The position numbers and the translations under genes are program-made. Source: a virus (Duplodnaviria > Caudoviricetes). Taken from it: a DNA stretch of 64,000 bases. The stretch is from IMG/VR virus record IMGVR_UViG_3300028888_000047, positions 96,001 to 160,000 of that record; one strand, written 5' to 3'. Below the pieces are notes generated by a model that was not told where the DNA came from, searched no databases, and worked only from the letters and a program-made list of their open reading frames with translations. Position 1 is the stretch's first letter. Every line of letters starts with the position of its first letter. Positions 37,222-47,440 of this stretch are shown piece after piece.

Positions 37222-39300
37222 TTATGCCGAAAACACCTTTTTGAAGATTTCGTTGTATCTGTCAGCATCTGCCACATCTGCCGTAACAGTTTCTCCAACT
37301 TTAACCTCTGTTGCCTCGTTAAATGGCTCTGGTTTTAGGTAATCGTCAAGATTAATACCCTTCTTTTTGGCCATTTCCTTATCCTTGTCGCTTACCTTAA
37401 GGTCAGGGCGTTTGCCAAGCCACTTAAGAGCATCTAAGTTATTGAAGCGAATGGCGTTGCCAAGAGAAGTCCAGCCAATATCGTTAACTTGGTTAACATT
37501 GATGTCTTTACGTGCGGCTAACTTCTTTACAAGCCAAGCCATATTAGAATCCATACAAGCCACATTGATTGCTGTGTCTTCATTGTCATCAATAAAATTT
37601 AAATCGAATTTACCGCTATCAATGATAGTCTCAATCATTTCTTGAACGTTCTTGGAATTCTTAGTAGACAATGTGTTAGTCTTATCCAAGTAGTAATTGA
37701 ACAACAGGTTCTGAATAAGAGACTCCCCATATCCATCGTCCGCGTTGCTATCAAATTTATCATTGATGATGATTTTACCTGCAATCCTGTGCATTTTTGC
37801 GTCAATAGCACTGAAGATAGGTCTTCTATCATTGAATTCGAAATTGACATCAATGTCCTTGGTCTTGTCGATAAGCTCTATTGCGCCATCTTCATCGCCT
37901 TCGTCTATAAGCTTATGGAGCAAAATGCTAGGATTAACCGCCTCACGATTCAGATAATCATCTGTCTTAATTCCAACTTTAGACAAATACTTCTCGTCCT
38001 TGAGGTTTGTGCCATATGCATCCCAAACCTGATTCAGGGTGTCTATTTTGTAATTGTCTTTCTTGTAATAAACAGCTACAACGCTTCTATCGTCGTTAGG
38101 TCCCAAGTTGAAATCAAACAATACATAGCACTTACCATTTTGGTCAATTGGCATTTGACCAATCTTAATGAAAGAATGGCCACAAAGGAAATTCAATCCG
38201 CTGTTGGTTAGTGCATTAATAACTATGCGTTTGTCTTTGTTATATGCAACAGCCAAATCGCTATCGTGCTTTTTAACAAAATCAAGTAGTTCTTTTTCTC
38301 CCCACTTGAAGTTTTTATTTACTTTCAACTTTAAGAACGTACCAAGGTTTACTCCAGCATTAACAAGGGCTTGCTGAATATTCACGTTCTTACCGTGATA
38401 ATTAATACCCATGTTCATCATATTTCCATCGCTTGTAGAATGGGCTGCGTGAAAACCGACAGTGTCGCTTACCGTAAAACCAATGTGAGCCAACTCGTCT
38501 TTTTCTGGCTTAGAAAAGTCGAAGAAGAAGTACTGCTTATTGCTCTTACTTGATACGTAGTTTTTCCACTGACCTTCTGATGATGTAATACACCAAGAGG
38601 TGCGGCCATAACAAAGGGTGTTAGAATCCTTATAGCTTTTCACGTTAAGAATAACAACATCTTTGTCGTTGAATATAACGTCGCAATCTGGCGTGTTATT
38701 TGACACGAAAGAAAGAAGGTCATCCTTATTCCAAGAATATTTTTCTTGCAATGCTTGCTTTAACAGTGTTTTGATTTCCGATGCGTTTCTTACTGCCGAC
38801 ATACGGCCAATAACCTTAGTTTTGGTGTTGGCAGATAGTTTATTAAACTTACTGAAAATATCAAACCACTCGCTGAACGTACCATTTGTATGACACGTGA
38901 GTCCATTGAAAGTATCAGGTTTAATAGCTTCGGTGAGAATTTTACGCTGGTCTGTGTTGAAACGACTTATTATGTTTTTGATAAATGCAATTTTGCAAAG
39001 GCCATCGGTCTCTGAACGTAAATTTGCAAAATCAGTAGCGGAAGAATAACAAATAAGGTTTCCGTTTTTACTAAGCTGTTTAATCAGACTAGGATTTTCA
39101 TCAGCCCATCTTTTGATTGCTTCAAGCTCTTCAATCTTTATTGCCTTGCTAAACACAACCTTTACGCCCCACAACTGATAGTTTGGCTGGCCGTCGAACA
39201 TTTTTATGATTCTTGCGAAAGTGGTGTTAGTCTCAGGATTGATAGCATATTTATCAATCAAAGGCTGAATTTGCTTTTTAGAATAATTTAATTCTGACAT
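37222..39300 (-). CDS. WCI-domain plus ankyrin-repeat protein
   Basis: SWCITSSEGQWKNY..FFFDF..IGFT..AAH; C-terminal DVN..R.P / VN..ND.GWTSL ankyrin-like repeats. Confidence 0.8.
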   Translation of the reverse strand: MSELNYSKKQIQPLIDKYAINPETNTTFARIIKMFDGQPNYQLWGVKVVFSKAIKIEELEAIKRWADENPSLIKQLSKNGNLICYSSATDFANLRSETDGLCKIAFIKNIISRFNTDQRKILTEAIKPDTFNGLTCHTNGTFSEWFDIFSKFNKLSANTKTKVIGRMSAVRNASEIKTLLKQALQEKYSWNKDDLLSFVSNNTPDCDVIFNDKDVVILNVKSYKDSNTLCYGRTSWCITSSEGQWKNYVSSKSNKQYFFFDFSKPEKDELAHIGFTVSDTVGFHAAHSTSDGNMMNMGINYHGKNVNIQQALVNAGVNLGTFLKLKVNKNFKWGEKELLDFVKKHDSDLAVAYNKDKRIVINALTNSGLNFLCGHSFIKIGQMPIDQNGKCYVLFDFNLGPNDDRSVVAVYYKKDNYKIDTLNQVWDAYGTNLKDEKYLSKVGIKTDDYLNREAVNPSILLHKLIDEGDEDGAIELIDKTKDIDVNFEFNDRRPIFSAIDAKMHRIAGKIIINDKFDSNADDGYGESLIQNLLFNYYLDKTNTLSTKNSKNVQEMIETIIDSGKFDLNFIDDNEDTAINVACMDSNMAWLVKKLAARKDINVNQVNDIGWTSLGNAIRFNNLDALKWLGKRPDLKVSDKDKEMAKKKGINLDDYLKPEPFNEATEVKVGETVTADVADADRYNEIFKKVFSA

Positions 39301-39457
39301 TTTTTTATAGTTTTGTTTATTTTTCAAAATTCATAATTCACTTTGCAAATATACAAGAAAAAATACGCATTAAAAAATATTTTAAGTTAAATAAAGTTAA
39401 TATATTTTCTCTTAAAAATATTGCAAGATGTTAAACTCCATCTTGCAATATATACAT

Positions 39458-41929
39458 TTATCTTTTTCTTGGCGCGTGTGCTGCCACCTCTTCATTCACG
39501 CCATCTACCACATATGTTCCATCTTCTGACCTCACCCATATTTCTGTGGTTTTAACTTCGCCTTTCTTGAAACTATCAATCAGTTTTCTAAGACTAGAAT
39601 CAATTTTTTTATTTTTTTCTATGGCGTTTATTACCCTAGGACTATAATATGAATATGCGTAATGTATAATAAGTTTTGACGAATCAAAATTATTTTCAAA
39701 ATCATTAGCCTCAACTAGTCTTGTCATTATAAGGTCGAATAAATCACAAGTTCTACCTCTATCGTGAACAAAAGACGACAATCTGCTAATGAACTCTGGC
39801 GATTTTTCGTTATCCATAACCTTCATCAACATAAGGAAATTTCCAACATATAACGCCACGTTATAATCAGTTATTAGTCCGTTTTTAAAGTGTTCTATAC
39901 CGTTTTTAGAAGGAACAATCAATGGTCTGCCGTGTGTTGCGTCAATCATATTGCTAATCATTCTTCTAGCAATATCACCTATTCTTTTACGACCAATAAT
40001 TTCGCCTAGTTTATATCCATTATCATAGAATAAATTTATATAATCTGATGAATTATAACCAAATGTTACATTTACTATTACGTCAAACAACGTATTCGCT
40101 CTTTCTTGCTGCAACAAACTTTCCCTAACGTCTTTGTTTTTTAACAAGTCCTTAGCCGTAGCAAGTTCTAATGATGTTATAGCATTGTAAAACCTATCAA
40201 CTACATTATCTTTTCTACAAATAATATCATATGGTAGACCATACTCCTCTAGTTTGGAATCGAAAGATTGGTTTATAGGCTCAAATCTGTCATTGAAAAG
40301 CCTTGCACAAGAACTTTCATGTTTTTCAAAATTGTGCGTAATAATACCAAATACAAGCTTTTCTGGGTCGTTAGAATTCTTTGAAAAATCAGCGAATATA
40401 ATATGCAGATTTCCGTATTCTCCCCTATGACCTCGTTGGTCTATATATGCATCGCCTAAGAAATACCTAACATTGTCATTCTCAACAATCAATGCAACCT
40501 TATCGCCGTAATCGCATATAATGTAGTAATCCTCTTCATCAACACACTGGTTAAGGTAATCGAACATGCTTTCCCTATCCCACTTATATTGGTTTGGCTC
40601 ATATGTTACCACATCGGATAATTTGATTCCATATTTATCAAGAATTCCATATATGTTTCTGCAATCTATTTGTTTAGAAACAAATGATTTAATTTCAGAA
40701 ACTACGTCAGTTCTTTTACCTTGCATAAGGTTTGTGTTCTGAAAATCGTGGGCATTTGTGATACCCCTATCGTGTACAGAAGTAAAACCTACTATTGATA
40801 AGTTATCATCTTCTTTCCTTGAAAAATCCATCAGAACATATTGAGTGGCACTGGGATTGTTCTCAACATATTGGTCCCAATATTTCTTATCTTTTGAAAT
40901 ACACCAATTAGTGGTTTTTGCGAGCCTTTTAACTGTTTCGTAGTCTTTGACTTTAAGCAACACCATATCACCTTTATCAATTACTATTTCGCAGTTAAAC
41001 TCCTCTGAATTGTTCAAAAAATCAATCAATGATTGCTTATTCCATTCGAAATGAACATCAGCAAGGAAAGACATCTGCTTTAATATTTCAACAGGGTCTT
41101 CCACCGTTGACATTTTTCTTATGAAATTGTTCTTCTTTTTGTTTGAAAGCTTGCCAAACTTAGATAAGGTATCATAATCCCTATTGCACAACTTATATGC
41201 CCTAAGAGCCTTCTTTTGAGACGTATTAAACATATTAATAACGTCATTTGCTCGTTTTTCTGTTCTTAGTTTAGACATTTCATTAACCAAGCAGAAAAAA
41301 TCTCGCATATTAGTGTAGGCGGTTATTGTGCCTTTAGACAATTTGTTAGCCAACTGGCTATAATTGTCATTCCAAATCATTATTTTTTCTAACAAAAACA
41401 ACGAAACGCCTTGCTTGAAATGCGCATTTGCTGCCCACAAGAAGAAATTCTTAGAGCCATTAGTGATGACATAAAAGTACATAATCAAAGCACTGTATTT
41501 ATCAGCATACTTTGTAACGTTAGCCACCAATTTTTTGTTAAGTTCACAAAACTCATTATATTTTTCTTCAAAATTAGCAGGTACTGCTAATATTTCTGAC
41601 AGCATACGCGAATCTTCAAAAAAGCCAGCTTTTTTCTGAGTGATTACCCAAAGATGGCTATATTTTTTTGAAAGTTCCCTAACTTTTTTGTCTATTTGTT
41701 CTCCGTAATTGTACCCTTCATTGAAAGTAACGTTAGATTGAGAATCATTAAAAATCATAAGATAATCACCAGAGTATGATGAATATGGATTTTTAACTTC
41801 TCCGTCTACGTATACTGCTACTCCATGACCAACACAAAAAATGTTATGCTTGAAGAAAATTTCTACGTTTGATAGGGTTTTTGCCATTCTCATCAAATGA
41901 CGAAAACCCCTTATTTTTGTACCAATCAT
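39458..41929 (-). CDS. large WCI-domain protein (paralog of adjacent gene)
   Basis: FNTSQK..WNKQSLIDF..NWCISKDKKYWDQY..MDF..VGFT..AH. Confidence 0.8.
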   Translation of the reverse strand: MIGTKIRGFRHLMRMAKTLSNVEIFFKHNIFCVGHGVAVYVDGEVKNPYSSYSGDYLMIFNDSQSNVTFNEGYNYGEQIDKKVRELSKKYSHLWVITQKKAGFFEDSRMLSEILAVPANFEEKYNEFCELNKKLVANVTKYADKYSALIMYFYVITNGSKNFFLWAANAHFKQGVSLFLLEKIMIWNDNYSQLANKLSKGTITAYTNMRDFFCLVNEMSKLRTEKRANDVINMFNTSQKKALRAYKLCNRDYDTLSKFGKLSNKKKNNFIRKMSTVEDPVEILKQMSFLADVHFEWNKQSLIDFLNNSEEFNCEIVIDKGDMVLLKVKDYETVKRLAKTTNWCISKDKKYWDQYVENNPSATQYVLMDFSRKEDDNLSIVGFTSVHDRGITNAHDFQNTNLMQGKRTDVVSEIKSFVSKQIDCRNIYGILDKYGIKLSDVVTYEPNQYKWDRESMFDYLNQCVDEEDYYIICDYGDKVALIVENDNVRYFLGDAYIDQRGHRGEYGNLHIIFADFSKNSNDPEKLVFGIITHNFEKHESSCARLFNDRFEPINQSFDSKLEEYGLPYDIICRKDNVVDRFYNAITSLELATAKDLLKNKDVRESLLQQERANTLFDVIVNVTFGYNSSDYINLFYDNGYKLGEIIGRKRIGDIARRMISNMIDATHGRPLIVPSKNGIEHFKNGLITDYNVALYVGNFLMLMKVMDNEKSPEFISRLSSFVHDRGRTCDLFDLIMTRLVEANDFENNFDSSKLIIHYAYSYYSPRVINAIEKNKKIDSSLRKLIDSFKKGEVKTTEIWVRSEDGTYVVDGVNEEVAAHAPRKR

Positions 41930-41941
41930 TATTCAAAAAAA

Positions 41942-43306
41942 TTAGAATTTAATTTCCTTGCTAAAAACATCAGCAAACTCGTTTTTAATATCAATACCAA
42001 GAGTCTTATAATCAACACCCGCTTCGCGGAATTTATCTTTTATAATATCTTCGATAATATTACACTTTTTATCTATTTCGTCTTTTATGCCATTAACATA
42101 TTCATCATATGTATCAATGATATATTTGACTGTTTCATTGTTTACAGCATCTTCATTCTGAACAGAATTCACTTTACCATCAGAACGATTTGTATTGCTA
42201 CTGGTAGAATGTGTATTTGTGTTCGTGTTGGTGTTGGTTGACCAAGTTGAGAAAAGTTTATCACATTCCCTTTCATCCTCATAACCGGATGCAGTAACAT
42301 TATATGATTTGGTAAATTTGAATTGCTCTTTACACCCAATGGTATTGACCAAATCCAAGCCCATACCAAGAGCGTGGTCTACGTGTTCAATAACCAAATA
42401 TTCGTTTATAGAATGGGCGTTATATCCACCATTACCAAAATTCATACACATTACGCCAGTCTTTTCACGAATCTGAATCACATCAGTAAATGGCTCAGAA
42501 TGGAAGCATTTGTCTGTAAAGCCCCACTTAGATGTCACTGGCTTAATATGCTTTTTGTAAAAATCAGCGGTGAATAGTTGTGTGGCGCTACATTTCCAAG
42601 CTGCACGAAGAAGCTCTGGTGAGTCCCAACCAATTACATATGCAACATCGTCAAAGAACTCTTTGTCAAGCTCTTTACTACCCTGCATACCTGTTTCCTC
42701 TTCAACGAAGAATGCAGCCTTACACTTTTCTACGTTCTTTACAATCTGCAAAGAAATGTAAACACCTAACTTATCGTCTGCGCCAATGCCCTGGCCATCA
42801 ATGAAAATCTCATGGCGAACTTCATCGGTTGTGGTTGATTTTACCCTTCTTGTGCGAAGAGGCAATTCTGCTCCTGCTAATGCAAAAGGCTTGGCCTTAT
42901 CTTGGACAGTATCCATATGTGATGTTACGCATGGATAAAATTCTCCCTCTTCAAGCTTACCCTTTGTAAGGTATACGTTTCCTTTCTTATCAAACTTATA
43001 GTCTACTCCATTTCTACGCGCCCATAAGATGATATAAGCAGCCATTCTAAACTCGTAGTTGCTACATGAAGGAACCTGCATCACCTCATATAGTTCTTTC
43101 ACGTCAATGTGCTTATATGGCAGACTTGCAATATATTCACGAGCCTCTGTCTCAGTCATTGGTCTTTTTTCGGTATTCTCCGAAGTTTTTTTATTCTCAG
43201 TGTCTTTTCCAAGAACTTCACCAGTGGCGGTGCTTACTTTTTCACCATTAACTATAGTGGTGTCCTTCTCTTGGCTTTTAGCCTTTTCTTCTTTTGAGTT
43301 ATTCAT
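41942..43306 (-). CDS. M20/M28-family zinc peptidase-like protein
   Basis: SHMDTV, GADDKLG, EETG, D, GYNAH..E. Confidence 0.85.
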   Translation of the reverse strand: MNNSKEEKAKSQEKDTTIVNGEKVSTATGEVLGKDTENKKTSENTEKRPMTETEAREYIASLPYKHIDVKELYEVMQVPSCSNYEFRMAAYIILWARRNGVDYKFDKKGNVYLTKGKLEEGEFYPCVTSHMDTVQDKAKPFALAGAELPLRTRRVKSTTTDEVRHEIFIDGQGIGADDKLGVYISLQIVKNVEKCKAAFFVEEETGMQGSKELDKEFFDDVAYVIGWDSPELLRAAWKCSATQLFTADFYKKHIKPVTSKWGFTDKCFHSEPFTDVIQIREKTGVMCMNFGNGGYNAHSINEYLVIEHVDHALGMGLDLVNTIGCKEQFKFTKSYNVTASGYEDERECDKLFSTWSTNTNTNTNTHSTSSNTNRSDGKVNSVQNEDAVNNETVKYIIDTYDEYVNGIKDEIDKKCNIIEDIIKDKFREAGVDYKTLGIDIKNEFADVFSKEIKF

Positions 43307-43391
43307 TCTATTTATGCTAAATTAATATTTTGCTGCAAACATACAAAAAAATATATGAATAAAAAAATATTTGTTAATTTTTTAACATATT

Positions 43392-43748
43392 TTAATCAAT
43401 TTTTAACTCTCCAATACAATTGGTGTTTTTTTCTCCATTTTTGAATGTGAACCAATTTACTACAAGTTTTGAATACATATCTTTCTTATAAGCCAACATT
43501 TCTAACAAAGTGATTGCTATATTATCACTATTTATCCCATTAAGGATTTCGCAAACAACATCTTCTTTATTATATAACACAAATTCTAAAGAAGCCTTCT
43601 CAGGATTTTTTACCCTATTCAACCAAGTTTCTGTTATAGAAATACAATTTACTGCGATTTCTGTTATTTGCTGTTTTGAATAAACGCATTCATCTTCGTT
43701 ATGCTTACCATCCCAAATTTTGAGTATGTTTTCTAATTTATTTTTCAT
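43392..43748 (-). CDS. hypothetical protein
   Basis: ORF. Confidence 0.65.
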   Translation of the reverse strand: MKNKLENILKIWDGKHNEDECVYSKQQITEIAVNCISITETWLNRVKNPEKASLEFVLYNKEDVVCEILNGINSDNIAITLLEMLAYKKDMYSKLVVNWFTFKNGEKNTNCIGELKID

Positions 43749-43984
43749 TCTAAAATTACGCATTTTGCTAATGGTAGTCCTTTTGGCGCCGGGGCAATTT
43801 GAATTCTTAATTCTCCTCGCTTACCAACTATTACCTTCTTGACCACATCGGTTTCTTTTGTTACAATATCTACTCCTATTTTATACCCCAATTTCTGTAT
43901 AACATCAATCCTTGCATCTATATCATGCACGTGGTCTATAAAATATTCTATGTCATTGAAATCACGGGTATAGTCTTTTTTCAT
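43745..43984 (-). CDS. hypothetical protein
   Basis: ORF with 4-nt overlaps. Confidence 0.7.
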   Translation of the reverse strand: MKKDYTRDFNDIEYFIDHVHDIDARIDVIQKLGYKIGVDIVTKETDVVKKVIVGKRGELRIQIAPAPKGLPLAKCVILE

Positions 43985-44322
43985 ATTAAAACATAATTAA
44001 GTAGTGCCTTTTTATCTGCTCCTGATAATTTATACCATTTGCTAGAAAATTTTGTCAACCCAAATTCACGCATAATAGACGTTTTTGAGGCGTTAGACAA
44101 AGAATCATAGATTCTTATAAGTTCACCTTTTATTATAACATTTTGTTGGCACTTTGAAAGGTGTTCAAAATCGTTTAACCAATCATTTTCTTTAAGATTA
44201 AACTTTTTGAAAAAGTGCTTGTATTTTAAAGATATTTTACCCCTATTTTCAACATCCTTACTATTCCATTTATTTTTGGCACTCTCTATAATGTTTTTTT
44301 TATCTATAGTAATTTCGTTCAT
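43981..44322 (-). CDS. hypothetical protein
   Basis: ORF. Confidence 0.65.
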   Translation of the reverse strand: MNEITIDKKNIIESAKNKWNSKDVENRGKISLKYKHFFKKFNLKENDWLNDFEHLSKCQQNVIIKGELIRIYDSLSNASKTSIMREFGLTKFSSKWYKLSGADKKALLNYVLI

Positions 44323-45019
44323 TATTGGGGCGTGCGCTTACTGTTACACAACGATTTAAATTGTTTGTACTATATGGTTGATTAATACTGCCGTGGCACT
44401 TAACGAATATTCGATTTCTACTAATACCTTCTCTTAGTAATACGTTGATGATTGTATTAGCCCTTGCTTTTGAAATTCTTAAATTAGACTCGTAATCACC
44501 AGTGCCGGCGTCAGCATAAGCATCAATATACAATGATGAACACATATTATTTGCGGCAAAGTCTATTAAATGATAAAGTTCTTCTTTGTTTGTTAGAAAG
44601 CTGGAATTGAATTGAAAATAGAAAAACCATTTTTTACCATTTTCCTCTGATAAACGCGAATATTGGCTTTCTTCATATGTTTCTATCGGTTCATAAGAAT
44701 CGCACCTATTAGGAATTACAACAGCGTTTCTCCTAACATTAGTTCTACATCTTGGTGCATATCTCGCATAGCCTATTTGCCTACCATATGCGTCATAATG
44801 CCTTTCTTCAGTTTGGCCATTAACGTGGTACACGTTTGTTATCTTTTTGTGGATAACAAGTTTATTTGATACCCCATCGTAAACTTCCTCCACTTCATCA
44901 AAATCATTGATGCAATCGGTACTATTATACGTACCATCCATGTAAATTGTTTGTTGCGCTCTCTGAGCATTAGCTACGCAGCAAAAAGAAAGCGCAGCGA
45001 TAAAAAATAAATTTCTCAT
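44300..45019 (-). CDS. secreted OmpA-C-like peptidoglycan-binding protein
   Basis: signal peptide MRNLFFIAALSFCCVANA; YFQFNSS..YADAGTG..N.RISKARA..G..NRCV. Confidence 0.85.
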   Translation of the reverse strand: MRNLFFIAALSFCCVANAQRAQQTIYMDGTYNSTDCINDFDEVEEVYDGVSNKLVIHKKITNVYHVNGQTEERHYDAYGRQIGYARYAPRCRTNVRRNAVVIPNRCDSYEPIETYEESQYSRLSEENGKKWFFYFQFNSSFLTNKEELYHLIDFAANNMCSSLYIDAYADAGTGDYESNLRISKARANTIINVLLREGISRNRIFVKCHGSINQPYSTNNLNRCVTVSARPNNERNYYR

Positions 45020-45056
45020 ATAAGTAATAATGTATTGATTGTAAATCACTTTTGGA

Positions 45057-45112
45057 CAAAGATACAAAAAAAACGTGGAATAAACAAATATTCCACGTTA
45101 AATAATGTTAAA
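45057..45112 (-). promoter_or_regulatory. fused terminator-promoter cassette (copy 7)
   Basis: perfect AACGTGGAATA-TTTGTT-TATTCCACGTT, T8, TATCTTTG; -33/-7 spacing 20 nt. Confidence 0.8.
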
Positions 45113-45174
45113 AAACTAAATCTCTTTAAAACAAAAATGATAGGCTATTGCCTACCATTCATTTTTTACTATGG

Positions 45175-45351
45175 TTACTTAATAGTAATCACAGAATCTG
45201 TGACAGTAGAATCAACAACCTCAACGGTGTCAATTGTGTCAACGGTGTCAGTTGCTGTTGAATCAGCAGCGGCTGTACCAGTGGTGTTGCCACCGCATGC
45301 AGCAAAAGAAAGTGCGACAAATGTCACAAACATGAATACTAATTTTTTCAT
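45175..45351 (-). CDS. small Bacteroidales-type lipoprotein (58 aa, missing from ORF track)
   Basis: MKKLVFMFVTFVALSFAA-C-GGNTT..DTVDTIDTV; lipobox, own promoter (~45408) and terminator. Confidence 0.85.
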   Translation of the reverse strand: MKKLVFMFVTFVALSFAACGGNTTGTAAADSTATDTVDTIDTVEVVDSTVTDSVITIK

Positions 45352-45479
45352 TTTTTTTCTTAATTTTAATTAAACAATTTATTATTATTTATTGCTTTAA
45401 ATCTATGCAAATATACAAATAAATATTGTAAAACAAAAATAAATATTGTATTTTTTACTATTTTTGGTATGTTTTTGAC

Positions 45480-46046
45480 CTAAATCAATTGCATTTCCCT
45501 TGCAATCTCAATTATTCGTGTTTTATGATTAAACGCCCATTGGTATTTATCAATCTCGTTTACAGGAACCCAAGCAATATGACCCACTTCGTTTTTCTCA
45601 TTGTGCTTTTTGGAAAAATTTGATAGATTTTCAATCGTGTTATTTGGGTCATATGCTCCAAACCTAAAAGTCACATTCTGATGGTTAGCTGTAATCGGGT
45701 CATCTTCATAAGAAATAAATTTTACTATTTCCTCTGATACACCAACACCTGTTTCTTCTTCAAGTTCGCGTATTGCACATTGTTTAGTTGTTTCATTGAA
45801 ATCAAGATAACCACATGGGCAATTCCAATACCCTTGGAAATCAGCAGCGCCGGTACCGCGTTCAGAAGCTAACACATAAAGTCTACCATTCTTATCCTTA
45901 CAGAAAAAAAACATTGCTGTTGCCATAGAACGACTAAACCAACCTAAAAAACGCCCATGTGTGTCAAAGCACGGTTGGTTAATGGTAGAAAAATTTTGTT
46001 TGTTACTTTTAAATAAAAATTTTTTTAATACTTTCAAAAATTTCAT
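45480..46046 (-). CDS. Nudix hydrolase
   Basis: GYLDFNETTKQCAIRELEEETGV Nudix box; AFNH. Confidence 0.92.
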   Translation of the reverse strand: MKFLKVLKKFLFKSNKQNFSTINQPCFDTHGRFLGWFSRSMATAMFFFCKDKNGRLYVLASERGTGAADFQGYWNCPCGYLDFNETTKQCAIRELEEETGVGVSEEIVKFISYEDDPITANHQNVTFRFGAYDPNNTIENLSNFSKKHNEKNEVGHIAWVPVNEIDKYQWAFNHKTRIIEIAREMQLI

Positions 46047-46326
46047 AATTTTTTTTCTTATTAAAACTTACAAAAAACTTATAATATTTGTCGTATTCAT
46101 GAGACCAAAAATTAGAACCCATTTTTGAATCAGCCCACGCTATCAAATCCATAATAGCTTCAGTTGGGAGCGTATATTTACTTATATATTCATTTATGCT
46201 ATAAATTATTCCCTGATAAGTCCTTCTAAATGGAAAATTTTTAGCTTCTTCTAAAAAATGATTATATAATCCTCTTTCTTTTAAGTAACGCTTAAACAGT
46301 TTGTATTCTTCATCCGTCATAAACAA
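46009..46326 (-). CDS. FxWxxTxEGxxFW paralog family protein
   Basis: FKRYLKERGLY..IAWADSKMGSNFW. Confidence 0.65.
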   Translation of the reverse strand: MFMTDEEYKLFKRYLKERGLYNHFLEEAKNFPFRRTYQGIIYSINEYISKYTLPTEAIMDLIAWADSKMGSNFWSHEYDKYYKFFVSFNKKKNYEIFESIKKIFI

Positions 46327-47077
46327 ATAATTTTTCTATTTTTGCTTTTTGTTTGCAACCGCATTTAGTTGTACCCATTCCATCTTTTTTCTCCATACTC
46401 CAAATACATTTGAAATCATCAGGAGCCTCATATTCTGAAACAAATATTTTATAGCCTAATTTTGCATATTTTCTTATAAAATCCCAGAATTCATCATGGT
46501 CAAATCCTTTATCCTTATAGCCTTTCGTTCCTCTATATGGTGGGTCACAGTAAAACACTACGTTTTTATTTTCACCTAAAGATGTTTCGACATGAAACGC
46601 ATCTTTATAATCCCCAGTTGTAAAGTATGTGTTATGAAGATGTTTAAAGTTCCTAACTTGATTTATAAAGTTATTGAATGCTTCCAATATGTGATTTTCA
46701 CCACGCTTTTCGTTAACTTTAGCATAACCATTAAACCAAGCGGAACCATATGAGCAAGCATTACCTACATAGCCTATCATATATTTTGGGTAAGTGATAG
46801 AGCAACTACCCATTTTGGCAAGTTCTTTCATTTCGTTATATTGGCTTTCTGTGACTTCCTTTGGTATATTAAAAGCTAACCCAAGCCTAATTGCTGCCCA
46901 AAGGCTAATTACATAGCTATTATTATCATAACCTATTTTAATAGGCCAGTCAACCTTGTCGATTACATTACAACCGCCTACAAATGGTTCAACGTATTTA
47001 AAACCCGGTTTTAATTCCTTCATTATAAAAGGAATAATATATTTTGCTATTTTAGCTTTACTACCGCTATATCTCAT
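46310..47077 (-). CDS. Dam-like (D12 class) DNA adenine methyltransferase
   Basis: MRYSGSK, YVEPFVGG, YCDPPY, VSEY. Confidence 0.9.
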   Translation of the reverse strand: MRYSGSKAKIAKYIIPFIMKELKPGFKYVEPFVGGCNVIDKVDWPIKIGYDNNSYVISLWAAIRLGLAFNIPKEVTESQYNEMKELAKMGSCSITYPKYMIGYVGNACSYGSAWFNGYAKVNEKRGENHILEAFNNFINQVRNFKHLHNTYFTTGDYKDAFHVETSLGENKNVVFYCDPPYRGTKGYKDKGFDHDEFWDFIRKYAKLGYKIFVSEYEAPDDFKCIWSMEKKDGMGTTKCGCKQKAKIEKLFVYDG

Positions 47078-47366
47078 TTGTGTACATGTATATATTCCAT
47101 TCCTTATGAATATCCGCCCAATTAACATCATCAGAATTATATTCATGCCAAACAAAGCAACTTGTCGTCCAATTTCCAGGAAGACTTTCATTAAAGAAAT
47201 ATGCTAAATTACCATTATAATTGCGTTGATATTCACCACGCGGATTAGTTCTCATAATTCTAAAATACTCACTATACAACCCTTTTTCTTTTAGAAAACG
47301 GATGAATTTTTTAAATAATATAGCCTTGTAACGACTGATTATCTTGTTTAATAATGTACTTTCCAT
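47067..47366 (-). CDS. FxWxxTxEGxxFW paralog family protein (divergent)
   Basis: FIRFLKEKGLY..CFVW..W. Confidence 0.65.
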   Translation of the reverse strand: MESTLLNKIISRYKAILFKKFIRFLKEKGLYSEYFRIMRTNPRGEYQRNYNGNLAYFFNESLPGNWTTSCFVWHEYNSDDVNWADIHKEWNIYMYTNEI

Positions 47367-47384
47367 ATTATATACAATCATCAG

Positions 47385-47440
47385 CAAAGATACAAAAAAA
47401 ACACGAAATAAACAAATATTCCGTGTTAAAGTTTGTTAAA
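47385..47440 (-). promoter_or_regulatory. fused terminator-promoter cassette (copy 8)
   Basis: AACACGGAATA..TATTTCGTGTT, T-run, TATCTTTG. Confidence 0.75.
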
